Of a DNA stretch of 64,000 bases, positions 12,262 to 26,307 are shown in pieces. Under the pieces are notes generated by a model. The model worked only from the letters and a program-made list of their open reading frames with translations. It did not search any database and was not told the origin of the DNA. The first letter of the stretch is position 1. Each line of letters begins with the position of its first letter. The stretch lies in assembly GCF_009914755.1 (NCBI RefSeq), contig NC_060930.1, one strand, 5' to 3'. A program made the translations under genes and the position numbers. Source of the DNA: the human T2T-CHM13v2.0 reference genome, Homo sapiens.

Positions 12262-14430
12262 GTAAGACAGCCGTTAACAGCATTTCTTCTGGAACATAAT
12301 GATTTGAGTGGACAGATCCTCTTGTAATTGCAGTCGTTTAAAATGGTATAAGAGGTGTTTTAACAGTATTCAGGAAAACGACAATGAGAGGGACAGAAAT
12401 GAGGTGTGTAGATAGAGAACTCCGCAGCAACCTTTCTAAATCTGACAGGAAGATTAAAACGTCAGCCATACGCTATTCCATACCAGCCAGCAGTATTCAA
12501 TTACACATTTCTTTCTATACCAACACTACCATTCTTTTTTCCCCCTTACCATCTTTTCTGATGGGGAGGAAAGACTGGAAGAGGGCGTTGTCTGCCAAGC
12601 AACAGGAACTGCCCCTGCTGCAGGTGGCTGCAGATCACTTCCCTGTCCCCCGTTCCTCACCTTTGAGGAGAGCAGTGTCCATTTCTCCACAGCTTTCCCA
12701 AGTACCCATCTTCCCACCAGCTGTAGTAAATTCTGATTTGGTTTTACTGTTTAAAAAATCAAGTTAAGTTATGCTGCTATATATATTACTTCAATTACAA
12801 TTTTTGGTTACAGTTTATGTACAATTTTACAGTAACAATGAATGATTAACACTTTTATAGTATATGTTGAAATGTTGAAAACAAAATATATGTCAAAAAA
12901 AGCTGTGTCTTATGCCGTTCTTGAGATAGTTTGTAAATAAAACAAAACTGTATTTGTAAGTAATAAACACCCAAGAAAGAAACTTAGAAATTTTATGCAA
13001 TTTAAATTACACAAAATATAATTCATAAATGGTAAATTTATTGAACACTAACTGTATTTCATATAGGGTACTTGCTGGCTGCAGAAAATTCAGTAGAATG
13101 GGTTTTAATTGTTGGTTTTTTAATCTTCAGTTTATACCTCTTTTTCTCCCAAGGTTGTCGTGAAAATGAAAGTTAACATTTGTAAGACTATTTGAGCATT
13201 TTATATAAAGCATGCTATTGTCTTATCAGGTTATTGCTTAAGCTGTGAATAATTTTGATTTTCTGATATCCTAAAACACTTCTCTAAGAACACATGATCG
13301 ATAATTCAGTAAGAATTACTTTAAAATATTTTATTAGATAAGGAATCATTTTCATTGTGGAAAAATCACAACATAGAAAAAGTATCTAGAAAAATATGGA
13401 AGATGTTCATTTAGAAAATTTATCAATGTAGAAAAAGATTACAAAAGACAAAATAAAAATGACTCATACTTCCTGAATCCAAAGGTAGTCCCGGGTAACA
13501 TCTGAGTCGCTCATCTTTCAATATGCCTGCCACTCCAAACTGCAGTGGGACAGTTAATTAATAGCGCTCTCTGGAGACTCACATGGTCCTTTGTCCTCTC
13601 AGTCACTATGGGTTAGTGGAACTGAACTGTCGGGGGCCTGGACAGCAATTTTCCTGGGGCTGCTCATTTAACATCATTGAGCCTCTCTTTTTAATGAATG
13701 AAACTGGATGCTAATGAGGATTAAATAAGTAATAACAATGTGTAAATTCTAGTGTTCCATACGCAACAGGGGTCATCATTTGGTTTTGTGTTCTTTTCTT
13801 ACAAAAGAAATGAATGAAAATGAGAGCACATCAACTGTCATTTTGTTGTTATTGTTGCTTACTTTCTTCCTTTCCCTCTGTTGTAAGCACATAACAAATA
13901 ACAACCTGGTATGTAAGCTTCCATATTTTCTATAGATTCATATAGTCACACAAATGCATTCTCCCTGTACCTTTCTCTGTGCCCATTTCATCACACAGTC
14001 ATATATAGGGTGGTTCGTTTACAATTGGAGAAATGTCTCCAAGTCAACAGGTATTGATCTCACTTGTTCTTTTCATTGGCCACACTGTGGCCGTCATGAA
14101 TGTACTGTAATTCTTTCTACCATTTTTTGATGGGCTTTTGTTTGTTTTGGCTGTGAAAAGCATCTCTATAATCAGTGTTTACCAGTAGTGAAATTTGAAC
14201 ATCCATTTTGCTTATTAGCTATTTGAATTTTCTTTCCAATGAAGTGGAAAGTTTTGCAGTGTTACATATACCTACTATTAAAATAATTGTTTTGTTTCAT
14301 GCAAAACATGTGCACATGGTTTTTTAAACAGAATGTCTTTATTTGTAGGAAAATTTTTACTAATTTTTGACTAGTTCCCAGTATCTTTGCTCAATTAAAG
14401 ACTCACCAAATCTTTTGTTTTTTTTTAACC

Positions 14431-14482
14431 TTTGTTACTATTGAATTTCTTCCATTTGTTACTATTGAATTTCTTCCATTTG
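14431..14482. repeat. perfect 24-bp tandem duplication
   Basis: tttgttactattgaatttcttcca x2. Confidence 0.9.
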
Positions 14483-15489
14483 CCATTGTAATAGCTAGGA
14501 TAATGAATCAGAGACACAAATTGCCTGAGGGTTTTTTGTTAACAATCCCTTAAGTTTTGTTTTGTAAGTTCTGTAAGGGAACTTCAGATCTCTCCATTTT
14601 TACTACTTCTGTCTCTCTTGTTTCCCCTTATTAATAGGAAACAAAATCATGAAGAAACAGGATTTCCATTTAGGATAAAACCTATTTGGGATAAAACATA
14701 TATAAACTAAAATTATTAACATGAAGAGAAACTATGACATTAAAAAAATACTAAGGAGGGTTAAAACAGAGTGGTAAAAGTGAAGAAGAGAAAAGCATGT
14801 TACGGAGAGTAGGCAAAATATGACGCATGTCCACTAATACTGACATCTAGTTATTGGGAAAGTGGAATTATCAGCATATTTGTAATCACTAGGTAAGATC
14901 TCTAATTTTAAATTTTATCTAGTTTTAAATTTTTATTTTAAATTTTATTCATATTTACCTATTACCAGAATAAAAGAAAAAGAGAAGAAAACATGCTCTT
15001 GAAAAAAATGACTCAGTTAAATCTACCTGATCTGGTTTAAAGGAACTGAATAAAACTCCATGCACTCAGGACAATGACAGTGACCTCAAAGGCAGGACCT
15101 CTTGAAATGTCGCCAGTGACCACAATCTTTTTAACGTGTAGACAACATAAAGAACTCCTTTTTATTAGGGAGATACCACATTTTCATGTATCTCTAAAAT
15201 GGGTTAAATCATTTGTTTAGCTTACATTATGTATGTTTTACTCCAGGATTTTTAAAAATGTTTTTTGATGGAGAAAACTGTTAATATATAATAGGGCTTT
15301 ACTGACTTTTAAAAAGTGACATTTTCCATAATATTTGTATACGTAATATTATTTTTTACTTATATAAATGGACTTACCTTGGTCATTGGCCAGAATAAGT
15401 GACATTCTATTTTCCATTTGACTGTTTGGTTTGATGATTTTCTGTGGACCATATTAACAAGTTGCATTTGTTGCCATTTTTGCTGGCAG

Positions 15490-15586
15490 CCATTCATCGG
15501 AACAGCCCCCGTCCTATGAAGGTACCTCGATGCCATAGTGACCCTCCTAACCCACACCTCATTATCCCCACTCCAGAGGGATTCAG
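15490..15586 (+). CDS. MAP3K4: MAP3K4 exon 16 (97 nt): AIHRNSPRPMKVPRCHSDPPNPHLIIPTPEGF
   Basis: cag acceptor, CAG|gtattt donor. Confidence 0.95.
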
Positions 15587-16215
15587 GTATTTGGTGCTTA
15601 TCTAGTCATTTGCTTTACAGAGTGCCCTCCGATATGCATGCTCATACTTTTGAAACTACTAGATGCTTGCTCTGAGAGCTAAATACCTTTTCTGCATTGT
15701 TCGTACGTAAAAGCTCTTACTTGCATTATCTTGAAACCTTTAGTCGCAAAAGAAAAAGGCATGCAAATTTAAAACAGACCTGTGCCTTTCAAGATAACTT
15801 CGTTTCTCAGCTTATTTATAACCTCAAGCTACTACATGCTTTCTGGCTGTGGAGTCATTTTTTCCTTTCCTGCCTTTGAAAAATAACCTTCGGAAAACAA
15901 ATTTGAATATGGATAGTGTAGTCAACATTTGAAAACATACTAAATATCACTAAAAGTGGAGAAAAACTGGAATGAGCTTTCCAGATTCAATTTTTATCTG
16001 CATATGTAATTACAAAGCAACTTAAACACTAAGTGAATTCAGAAACTATAGTACATTCACGATAACTGCCTTGAATGTGGTGGCATTTCTGCATCTTGAG
16101 GTAGTGAGCACCTTCTCTCGCCTGTATAATCAGTTTTTAAAAGTTTAATTTTATTTGACAATATTTGCTAGATAAGGACCACAGTTTTTTGTTTTTTTTT
16201 TTAAAGCTTTGAGGG

Positions 16216-16510
16216 GACCGGGGTGCGGTGACTCACGCCTGTAATTCCAGCACTTTAGGAGGACGAGGCGGGAGGATCACTTGAGCCCAGGAGAACAGCC
16301 TGGGCAACGTAGCAAAACATCATCTCTACAAAAAATACAACAAAGATAATAGCTGGGTATGGTGGCCGTGCCTGTAGTCCCAGCTACTCAGGAGGCTGAG
16401 GCAAGGAGGATCACTTGAGCCCAGGAGGTCAAGGCTGCAGTGAGCTATGATTGCGCCACTGCACTCCAGCCTGGACAACAGGGTGCGATGCTGTCTCAAA
16501 AAAAAGAAAA
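16216..16510 (+). mobile_element. AluJ with TSD aaagctttga
   Basis: AluJ diagnostics (ggaggatcacttgagcccagg, aggctgcagtgagc); TSD at 16203-16212 and 16508-16517. Confidence 0.9.
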
Positions 16511-16688
16511 GCTTTGAAGTTAGGTTTTTTCTTTTTTACACCTAGACTCAAATCTCAAAGAACAATTTGCATTTTATATTTTTAAATATATTTCACCCCC
16601 TTGCCATATTTTATTTTTAATTGAAAACAATTTTCAAGTCCGTTCCCTCTTCTCACATGTGTTCCTGAAGCTTTTCTTCTTGTCTTAG

Positions 16689-16728
16689 CACTCGGAGCAT
16701 GCCTTCCGACGCGCGGAGCCATGGCAGC

Positions 16729-16763
<35 letters not shown>

Positions 16764-16835
16764 TGCCAGTCGGCCCAGCCCCTCTGGTGGTGACTCTGTG
16801 CTGCCCAAATCCATCAGCAGTGCCCATGATACCAG
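16689..16835 (+). CDS. MAP3K4: MAP3K4 exon 17 (147 nt, symmetric phase 2, cassette exon): STRSMPSDARSHGSP(A)9VAASRPSPSGGDSVLPKSISSAHDT
   Basis: cttttcttcttgtcttag acceptor, CAG|gtagtc donor; skipping keeps frame, consistent with the recalled long/short MEKK4 isoforms. Confidence 0.94.
16730..16759 (+). repeat. MAP3K4: coding (CTG)10/(GCT)9 trinucleotide repeat encoding polyalanine
   Basis: CCT (GCT)9 GTT GCT GCC in exon 17. Confidence 0.97.
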
Positions 16836-18893
16836 GTAGTCTCACCCCACCAGTGTCCCGTACCCTCACCACCCCTTACATGCGCTTACACAGCAACCAT
16901 AGTGTTAGGGTGTGTGCCGGCTGTGGTTGGGCTTCTTTGCTGTGGCGTGTGAGTGATGCTCTAGGGCCTTCCGCAGGTTGTCACGGCCCAGAGGCTCTGG
17001 CACTGACCAACACGAATGGATAACTGTCTGATGTCAGTATTTCTTTGGAGCTGATATTAGCCAAAATGACTAAAGACTTTGCGAAGAATAACTTGATGGA
17101 GTATCATAGGAAAGGACTGGTCCACAACAGAAGGGGACATGAGCATTTTGCCTCACAGAGAGAGCCTGGAGTCACAAGGTGGTTAAAAGATGGCATCTAG
17201 TTAATGATCTGATGTGGTAACATTTTATTTTTTGGGAAGATCAGTTTTCTAGCCAAATACTCTATTTTAAATAATTGTTGATTAGAAGTAGTTTATAGAA
17301 GTGGAAAAATGAGTTCATGGGGTTTGTATGTCATATGGAGAACAGATCAGTACTTGAGAGAACTCTCAGACAACTTGGCAAGCCCCAGAACAATTAAGTC
17401 TCGCATTGTCTTTTGTGTAAGTAAGGAGGGTCTTGTAGGTTTTCCCATTCTGGTTATATTTTGGCAGAGGATTTCATCATGTTCTCCTATCCTAAGTGGA
17501 GGAAGAGCTGTTGTTCTCTCTCAATTTCACACTTGTACCTAAGTAGGAGGAACGCTGTCAGTATTCCCATCTTCCAATGCAAGTCAAACCAAACTATGTA
17601 GGTTGGGGGTATGTGATCTAAAAAGATCAACTTCTGATAGAACCCAGGGCTCTGTGTTCAGCCCCGAGGAGAAAATAGTAGAGTTAACAGGAAGATGATG
17701 CCTGGCTTTAGATTTTAAAACAGACTAAAATGTTTTTACACTTACTTTAGTAACAGTCTAAAATTTCTACAAATATTTGCAGTCATTTCACTCATTAAAA
17801 TAATTAATACTTCTAAATTTTAGTGAGAAATGTCTATAACCTAAAAAGTACCAAAGCATTTTACAGCTTAAGCAGTCAACTAAAAAAATTAACAACATTG
17901 AACAAATTCCCATTTAGCTTCCTAGTTTTTACGTTTAGAGCTTTTCATGGCAAATATCTTCATATATGCTTTTATATCCCTGTGAGGGCTGCCAAAACTG
18001 TCTTCTTTATTCATACAGTACAGACTGAAGAGAAGTGATTTGGCCTAAAACACAGTCATAATTGAGGAGGGCATTGGCCACCCTGTGCCCCCTGCATCCC
18101 ACACCTGCTGTGTCCATGTTCACATGAGACTGCTCCCGAACTGGACAATAGGGAGTGACCTCCCTCTTTTTAAAGGTTGATGCACTGTGTTTTAAGGCAT
18201 TTGTAAGTTGGTAGTGTGGTACATTATGTGTATTTTAGTATAAGAGTTAAATACTACAGTTACCCTTTTCATGGAGTTTAGTCTTTGCAGAAGCAGTTTT
18301 TCAGCATTTCATCTTAAACGCTTATCAGTAGCATTTCATAAGTATTCATCTTAAGTTTGTACATACTTAGACAATCGTTGATGTTTAGAAATTTTAATAG
18401 TATCATAGCATGGTATCTTGAAGGACATTTTTTACTCAGGATTCCCGTTTACTTTATGACCGTCTGTGTGTGTGAGATGGTAGGTAGAGAAGAGCACAGC
18501 CACGTGAAGAGGTGTGGGGTGGTTACCAGACTCCCTCCTGCATTCAAGCCCTGCGTAAGCCTCAGTGCCTTCACAGTGAGCCTGGTTCATGGGCCCGTGA
18601 GTCACTGGTGGATTCGGCCCACTGCTCCCGAGGCAGACTTCACATACCCAAGGGCTTGTGTCTCAACACAGCTGTGGGTTTGTGAATGTGCCACGGGGAG
18701 GCAGAATGACACCAGTGTGTGCATCCCTGCCACAGCCATGGGGTGTAGCCCTTGCCCGTCTTACAGATACATCAAAGTTCAACTTCACTTGACCCTAGAG
18801 GTTTCAATAAGTATTTTTAATTGATTTTACTTGACCTAGGAAATATCTGTTCTGGGCTTAAGTTATCTTATCATCGTTTGTAAAAACACTTTG

Positions 18894-19066
18894 CAGTGGT
18901 GCTCTTGCTGAGGCTTGCTCCTGCTGGCTCTCAAGAGCTGATGGCGAATGTTTGAGAAATTTTGCAAGTTGTTATACCACAGAAATTGGCAAACTCTACA
19001 ACCCACCTCCCCATCCCCGACATCCCCCACCAGAGCTAGTCGTTCAACATTCCCCAATATGCCACT
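18894..19066. mobile_element. degenerate MER63-like MITE
   Basis: cagtggtgct... start and accacagaaattggcaaactctacaa core shared with the copy at 4242. Confidence 0.55.
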
Positions 19067-20050
19067 TCATGAGTATATGTTCTTGCTTTTTACCCGTGCA
19101 AAAATCTCTTAAGGACATGGAATTGGCTAGTCTCACTTGTGGGAAATCGGAAAAATTAGAGGTGTTTAGTGACTTCTTGGTCTCACCAGTGGTCTTTGTT
19201 GCTGCTTAGGAGTGGAGTAGGCTTCCTCACTTCAACACCAGTGGTTTTCCCGTCAGATAGTGCCGAATTTTTTATGAACTATATGGCAGTAGAAATGTCC
19301 CCATCACTTCAGACTTAACAAGTGCTATACTAGATTTGAGGGCTTAGGGAAATACCAGAAAAAAATGCATATTTTATAATTTGTAAATGTCTGTGCAATA
19401 GATCATGTTGCCTTCAACCTATCAATGTATAATAAGAGCATAAATGCTACCATACTTCATTATACCATTCACTTAAAAATATATACTAAATGACTTTAAT
19501 AAACTAATGCCATATTTATTTGAGGTTCTTTGATTATTCGAATTACAATTTTAACACATTCCCTATTTAGTTTTAATTTTTACTCTTTATGGGTTCATTC
19601 TGGTTGCTGAACATTTCACTTTATTCTGGAAAAGCACCTCATTAACTTTGTTCTTTAATATATTAAGCTTCCTGCTCTTTTGCACTTTTGCTTGGCTACT
19701 GCTTGAGAAACCTTTAGGTATTCCCTTCCATTTTCTTACTAAGAGATTTGGAATCTTTTGGACCATGAAATCATTTTAGTACTTTAAATGTAATTAAGTA
19801 CATAAATATAATTTGATGGTAACTTTAAAGATCAGCAAGATTTGGTTAATAACAGTTTTATTCACCCTGGGCTTAAGTTATGGAGCTTTTCACATGTCAG
19901 TAACATTTCAATAGTGTTGTGTTTTTATTTCTGTTGTTAATATAAGACAAGGTTTTATGCAGGCAGGTGCTCTCAGGCTCGGGTGTTGGCTATGGAGAGA
20001 TGAAAATGGAGCCCTCCTTCCAGACTCTAGAGCTCTAACAGACTCCAGAG

Positions 20051-20222
20051 GACGGTCTCCACAGCAGCGCTGTTCACTTAGGGGGCTGATTCTGGTGGGT
20101 CTGTCCTGTGCGTTTTCCGCTGCCCACTAGATGCCAGTAGCACCCTCCCAAAAGTGTCTAATACATTGCTGGAGGCAGAGTTGTTCCTGGCAGGCAGAGT
20201 TGCCCCCAGTTGAGAATTATTG
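20051..20222 (-). mobile_element. second MER20, 77 nt upstream of exon 18
   Basis: cccactagatgccagtagcacc and gcccccagttgagaattattg motifs; TSD-like ctccagag / ctctagaa. Confidence 0.75.
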
Positions 20223-20299
20223 CTCTAGAAAAATCTCGCAGATCTTTCATTTTAAGTTCTATTGAATTGATAGCTCAATTATTAAAAATATTAAAACAG

Positions 20300-20400
20300 G
20301 GGTTCCAGCGTTCCTGAAAATGATCGATTGGCTTCCATAGCTGCTGAATTGCAGTTTAGGTCCCTGAGTCGTCACTCAAGCCCCACGGAGGAGCGAGATG
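20300..20400 (+). CDS. MAP3K4: MAP3K4 exon 18 (101 nt): GSSVPENDRLASIAAELQFRSLSRHSSPTEERD
   Basis: A-rich acceptor ...ttaaaacag, ATG|gtgagt donor, frame continuous. Confidence 0.94.
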
Positions 20401-21106
20401 GTGAGTGTTTTAAGGTGTTAGCTGCATTCACAACCAGTCTAATCATTTGTCTCAGTTCACCAGTTTCTGTTGTTAATGCCTTTATGAGGATTCCTTGAAG
20501 ATTCCTTTTTTTGGTCCTTTCTAAAGGAATGAAGAGTAAGAAGCACAGAGCTTTATGAGAAGACTTACTGCTGAGCACATTGGCCTTTTAATACAGATGC
20601 CTTTTTAGCCCTGTTAGCATTTTATAGGTCTACTTTTGTTGCTTTAAAAATATTATTATTCTAGATATTTTAACTGTTGAATACTTTTATTCATTTAAAA
20701 AATACAAAAGTGACACTGTGTTTGTTGATCGTATGTGAAAGTTTTATTTATAATGCAGCCCTCAGGAACCACATTGCTGCTTCCATTGGAGTAGGGCTGG
20801 GGCTCCTGAAGCTAACATCTTGAATGAAGTCCCTAAGGAATCCACTTTTTGCACAGTATTCTGTTGTCTGTTACTCGTGAAAAGATGAGTGTAGTTAAAA
20901 TCCTGTAACCCCATTAACTTCTTAGTTGGTGCAATTTTTAGAATTGATTGCAAAGATAGTTTCTCACACCTACATCAAACACACTAAAAATTAATAACCA
21001 GAAAGGCAAACAGGTTGCTTTTAACCATTACCTTTCCTTTCAGTTGTTCTCAAATAAGCATATTTATTTCATAAATCTTAATTTGTATAAAAATAACTTC
21101 CTGCAG

Positions 21107-21187
21107 AACCAGCATATCCAAGAGGAGATTCAAGTGGGTCCACAAGAAGAAGTTGGGAACTTCGGACACTAATCAGCCAGAGTAAAG
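21107..21187 (+). CDS. MAP3K4: MAP3K4 exon 19 (81 nt): EPAYPRGDSSGSTRRSWELRTLISQSK
   Basis: cttcctgcag acceptor, AAG|gtgaga donor. Confidence 0.95.
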
Positions 21188-22539
21188 GTGAGAGAAAGAG
21201 TGTTGAAGTTAAAAAAAAAAAAAAAAAAAAACACGATTACACATAAGGGGAGCAGTTTCAGGTAAAACTTGATTTAGCTTCTGAATTATTAGGCCTCCTC
21301 CATTACTATTTTGTGATCTCACAGCTCTGACATCACTTTCTATCATGTACTGTGTTTGTGTACATTTCCTATTTCTAGTAACAAACTACATGCTCCTTTG
21401 GGTCTATAATATGTTTTACTCATCTTTATATTCTTAAAGCAACTTAGCATAATTTTTTGTCCATGGTAGGAGTATAATAAACATTTGTGAAATAACCATT
21501 CATAAATTAGACATTGAGGGAAAGAACTTACGAAGCATGTGATTAATATTATCAAAAGAACAAATAGCAGAAAAATCATTGGTCTAGTATTTAATGATCT
21601 ATAAAATGCTTTCATGTCTTTTTTTGCTCAACAATATTGAGCAGTAGGCAAAATAGATGTTCTCTTTTTATAAATGATAGTTTCTAAGCAGCCCAATAAT
21701 TTGGCCAAGGTAGTAAATGAGAGGGTGAGGACCAGAAGGCACTTGTCTCAAGTCTAGCGCACTCCATGGCAGCTTCCCTTTGAACTTTGTGTGACTGACC
21801 AGAAGAGTATTTGTCTTCCAAGGCCTAGAGATGTCTGGAAGGATTTTGTGGAGGGAGGAGACTGGGCTGGCCCTTTGAAGGGATGGCAGGTCTGCAGCAA
21901 GCCAGGAGGCAAGGAATAGAAGGAAGTGTGCACCCAGAGGCCTCGTGACTACAGGGGAGAGCCACTGGGCGCAGATGCCAATGCAGGAGAAACTGGAGAG
22001 TGAGGGGAGATCAGATCATGGACAGCCATCAGTGACTGCCTAAGTAATGAAGGCTTTGCCCAGAGGTGGTGGGCAGCCCCAGAGGCTCTTGAGCAGCTGG
22101 TGTGTTTGGGATGTGGGAGGCTGGGGATGAGTAAGACGCTGAGATAGTATAGTCTGCTAGCCAGAATTGAGGAGAAAGTGGGCAGATTGGTTAAAATGCC
22201 ATTGCAGAAATTCAGTATAAATAATACGATACTGGACTAATGTGGGATTTAAAAGAGGTAATGGCAGCAAGAAACAACTTTGGTGCAACCACTGACAAGC
22301 CTGGTGACAGAGTAGGTGTGTGTTGAGGGTTCAAGTGGGGGAGTTTTCCTAGGCTTGAGCCGGGTGACAGGAAGACAGTTTCTTCAGTGGCTCACATGTA
22401 ATCAGCAGTTCCCACGGATACCAGGTCTTTGCCATATTTTTCAAATCAAGTACTTTGTGGTCAAGTAAACTTGGGAACCACTTGGAATTATGTTTCTCTT
22501 GTGAGAGTTACAGTTCACATTGACATATTAAAGACCAAG

Positions 22540-23281
<742 letters not shown>

Positions 23282-23694
23282 TTAAATAAATGAGTGTAAT
23301 AAGAAATTATAACTGGACCATTATAAATCTTTTAGAATTTCTCTTTTCAGATTAACCTTAGAGTCATCCCAGCCTTCAAGGATCTCTTCATCTGAGCCAG
23401 AAAACATAGGCTCTTGGGTAGCTAATTAGGATATGGTATGAAAAGTGTTGTCATAGAGAAGTGGACAAACCATGGTTGTCAATTTATGGGTTGTGAACCA
23501 TTAGTGGGTTGTAAAATTTTAGTAGGAGTGATCAACATTTTTTAAAAAAGAACAGGATGAAATCAGAATCACATGTAGTAAGGGTAATAGCTCACAGAAC
23601 TGTTAAATGTGTGAAAGGTATTTCTTAGTATGAGTCATGATAAAACAAGTTGGAGAAATAGAGATAAATTGCCTGTGGGAAAATGAGGAATAAT

Positions 23695-23930
23695 GGCAAT
23701 AGCTAATATTTATTGAGTTTTACTGTGTTCTAGCCTCTGGGCTAAATGCTTTACAGGTATTATTTCATGAAATCCTCACAGTAGGTCTGTGAGATAGGTA
23801 TTTTTATCTTTATTTTGCAGATTAGGTTTTTAATGTGTGAGGAAGTTAATTACCTTGCCCATTGTCAAACACCTAGAAAATGGCGAGGCCAGCATTTTAT
23901 CCCAGGCATTTTGATTCTAGAGCCCTTTTT
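23695..23930 (-). mobile_element. MIR SINE
   Basis: aatagctaatatttattgag...aatcctcacag...ttttgcagat...ccttgccca MIR core. Confidence 0.7.
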
Positions 23931-24225
23931 CTGTACTCTTCCCAGAGAAGGGAAAATCCTTCTCATCAGAGATGGCTTCCTAGAAGAGGCGTGGCATTTC
24001 AGCTGCACTGTGTGAGTAAGATTCACTCAACAGATACTCAGGTATGAATAAGATACTTTAGGCAGAGGGAAAGGTGTAAAAGTAATGGAAGTGAAAAGTA
24101 AAGTAGTTTGGTGTGTTCTGTAAGAGTCTTTCAGTTTGGCTAGTGTGAAAACATAGAAAAGACAAACTGGGTCCAAATTCTGCAGGGGTTTGGATATTTG
24201 GTTAGTACGTAGTGGAGAACCATGA

Positions 24226-24542
<317 letters not shown>

Positions 24543-24920
24543 TCGTGAATTAAATTTATGTAGGACAGTAACATGATCACATTTTATGTTTTAATAATAT
24601 GGCAAACAAGAGTGTGGAATGGAGAGAGGAGAAACTAGAGACATGTATATTACTGCAAGATTTTAGCCAACGTTCTTGGGAAAGGAAATCATTTTTGTGT
24701 GACTAGCTTATATTTTATGTGTGTACTGTATAAGGGGTGGCATATGCTGGAATGAGTAGCGTTTGAAGAACTTTAATTCACCTGCTGTTTATCTGAATAG
24801 ATAATAAGCTTTGCTGTAATGGAGTGCTAATATATATTGCTCTATTTTTATTGGTTTGTCTTTTGGAAACTGACTTGATAACAGTGATTGGGACTAATGA
24901 GGTTTTGGTTCTCTCTGCAG

Positions 24921-25112
24921 ATACTGCTTCTAAACTAGGACCCATAGAAGCTATCCAGAAGTCAGTCCGATTGTTTGAAGAAAAGAGGTACCGAGAAATG
25001 AGGAGAAAGAATATCATTGGTCAAGTTTGTGATACGCCTAAGTCCTATGATAATGTTATGCACGTTGGCTTGAGGAAGGTGACCTTCAAATGGCAAAGAG
25101 GAAACAAAATTG
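24921..25112 (+). CDS. MAP3K4: MAP3K4 exon 20 (192 nt): DTASKLGPIEAIQK...CDTPKSYDNVMHVGLRKVTFKWQRGNKI (CRIB-like segment and start of kinase domain)
   Basis: ctctctgcag acceptor, TTG|gtaagg donor; inside ORF 24824..25186. Confidence 0.96.
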
Positions 25113-25429
25113 GTAAGGAAATTAAGGAGCATGATGTCAAGATAGTCCCTGTTAGAAGTAGCAATAGTTATACTTCTTTAGGTTGAATCCTATAGAGTTG
25201 GCCCTTTTTTCTTGTAGACATAGCAAGTATGCATTGTTATCTTTTTGCAAAGTGGTCTGGATTTTTTTTGGTTGTTTAATTTGTAAAATGTATTCTAAGA
25301 GCAATACAAAATGAGATTTTAGAATGAGAAAGAGATTTCTAAATGATTCATTGCATTGGATTGTTTTGCTTAATAACCCTGGAATTTGCCAGTGGAGAGG
25401 TACCAAAATTTGACCCATTTGTTCTAGTT

Positions 25430-25444
25430 TCTCTCTCTCTCTCT

Positions 25445-25488
<44 letters not shown>
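25430..25488. repeat. compound (CT)n/(CG)/(CA)n microsatellite
   Basis: directly visible. Confidence 0.93.
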
Positions 25489-25491
<3 letters not shown>

Positions 25492-26307
25492 GAACGTGAT
25501 TTGAAGAGAGACTGGATACAAATGAGGGCAAGACAGTCTTCTTTTCTAAAACATTGCCTCATTAATTAATTTCCAGGTGGAATTGCTTCATGTAAAATAG
25601 TCGTAAATTATGTGAGGGAAGAAGTCTTGTGTTTCAGATCCTTTCCCCACTTAAATATATTTATCTGTCACACATCTAGGTCTGAAGGGGGCGAACACAG
25701 TTGTATGAATAATATGGGACTTTGTCAGCCTGAGGAAACCTGATGTTTCCTTGGAGCTATCAAGGAGGGCAAAAACCACTGAAAACAATCAAGTACTTTA
25801 TAAATTGGATTAATTATTGTTATCAGTCTTGTCCAGGCACATATCCTCTTGCTTTAATGTCCCAGAAGGTATGTTAGGGGAATGTTTGCTCCCACACACT
25901 CCTGGACATGTGCCAGTGAGGAAGACAATGGTCAGGCTTAGTCCTGGCTGTTTTCTGCTGCTCCCAGCCCCAGCCAAGATCTCCTTGAGGGGTGTGAGGG
26001 CTCAGAGGTGTGCACCAAGGCTGCTTTTATTGGTCATTTTCATGCTTCTCCTGGAATTTACCAAAGTCGGTTCTGCTCTATTTAAAGATACTTGTAGGTA
26101 AGACATATTAAAGAGATTGCCTAAAACTTTAGTTATCAGGGAACATTTAGAAAAATTTTGGATCTTGCAATAGTAAACTGCAGTAAACATAATTATAGAT
26201 ATATAAATATACGTCCAAAATAATTGGACAGTATTATTACAAGTTTAAGGAATGTAAGACAGCCCCCTGCAGTGGCTGGAAGTGCAGCTTGTTTGCATTG
26301 TTCACAG

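Noticed and set aside
16721-17023. ORF MAALLLLLLLLLLLLPVGP..., resembling a signal peptide
   Set aside because: Alternative-frame reading of the (GCT)n polyAla tract that runs into the intron; no promoter evidence
21211-21231. A21 run 23 nt after the exon 19 donor as an intronic poly(A) site
   Set aside because: No upstream hexamer; genomic A-run that would more likely cause oligo-dT internal priming
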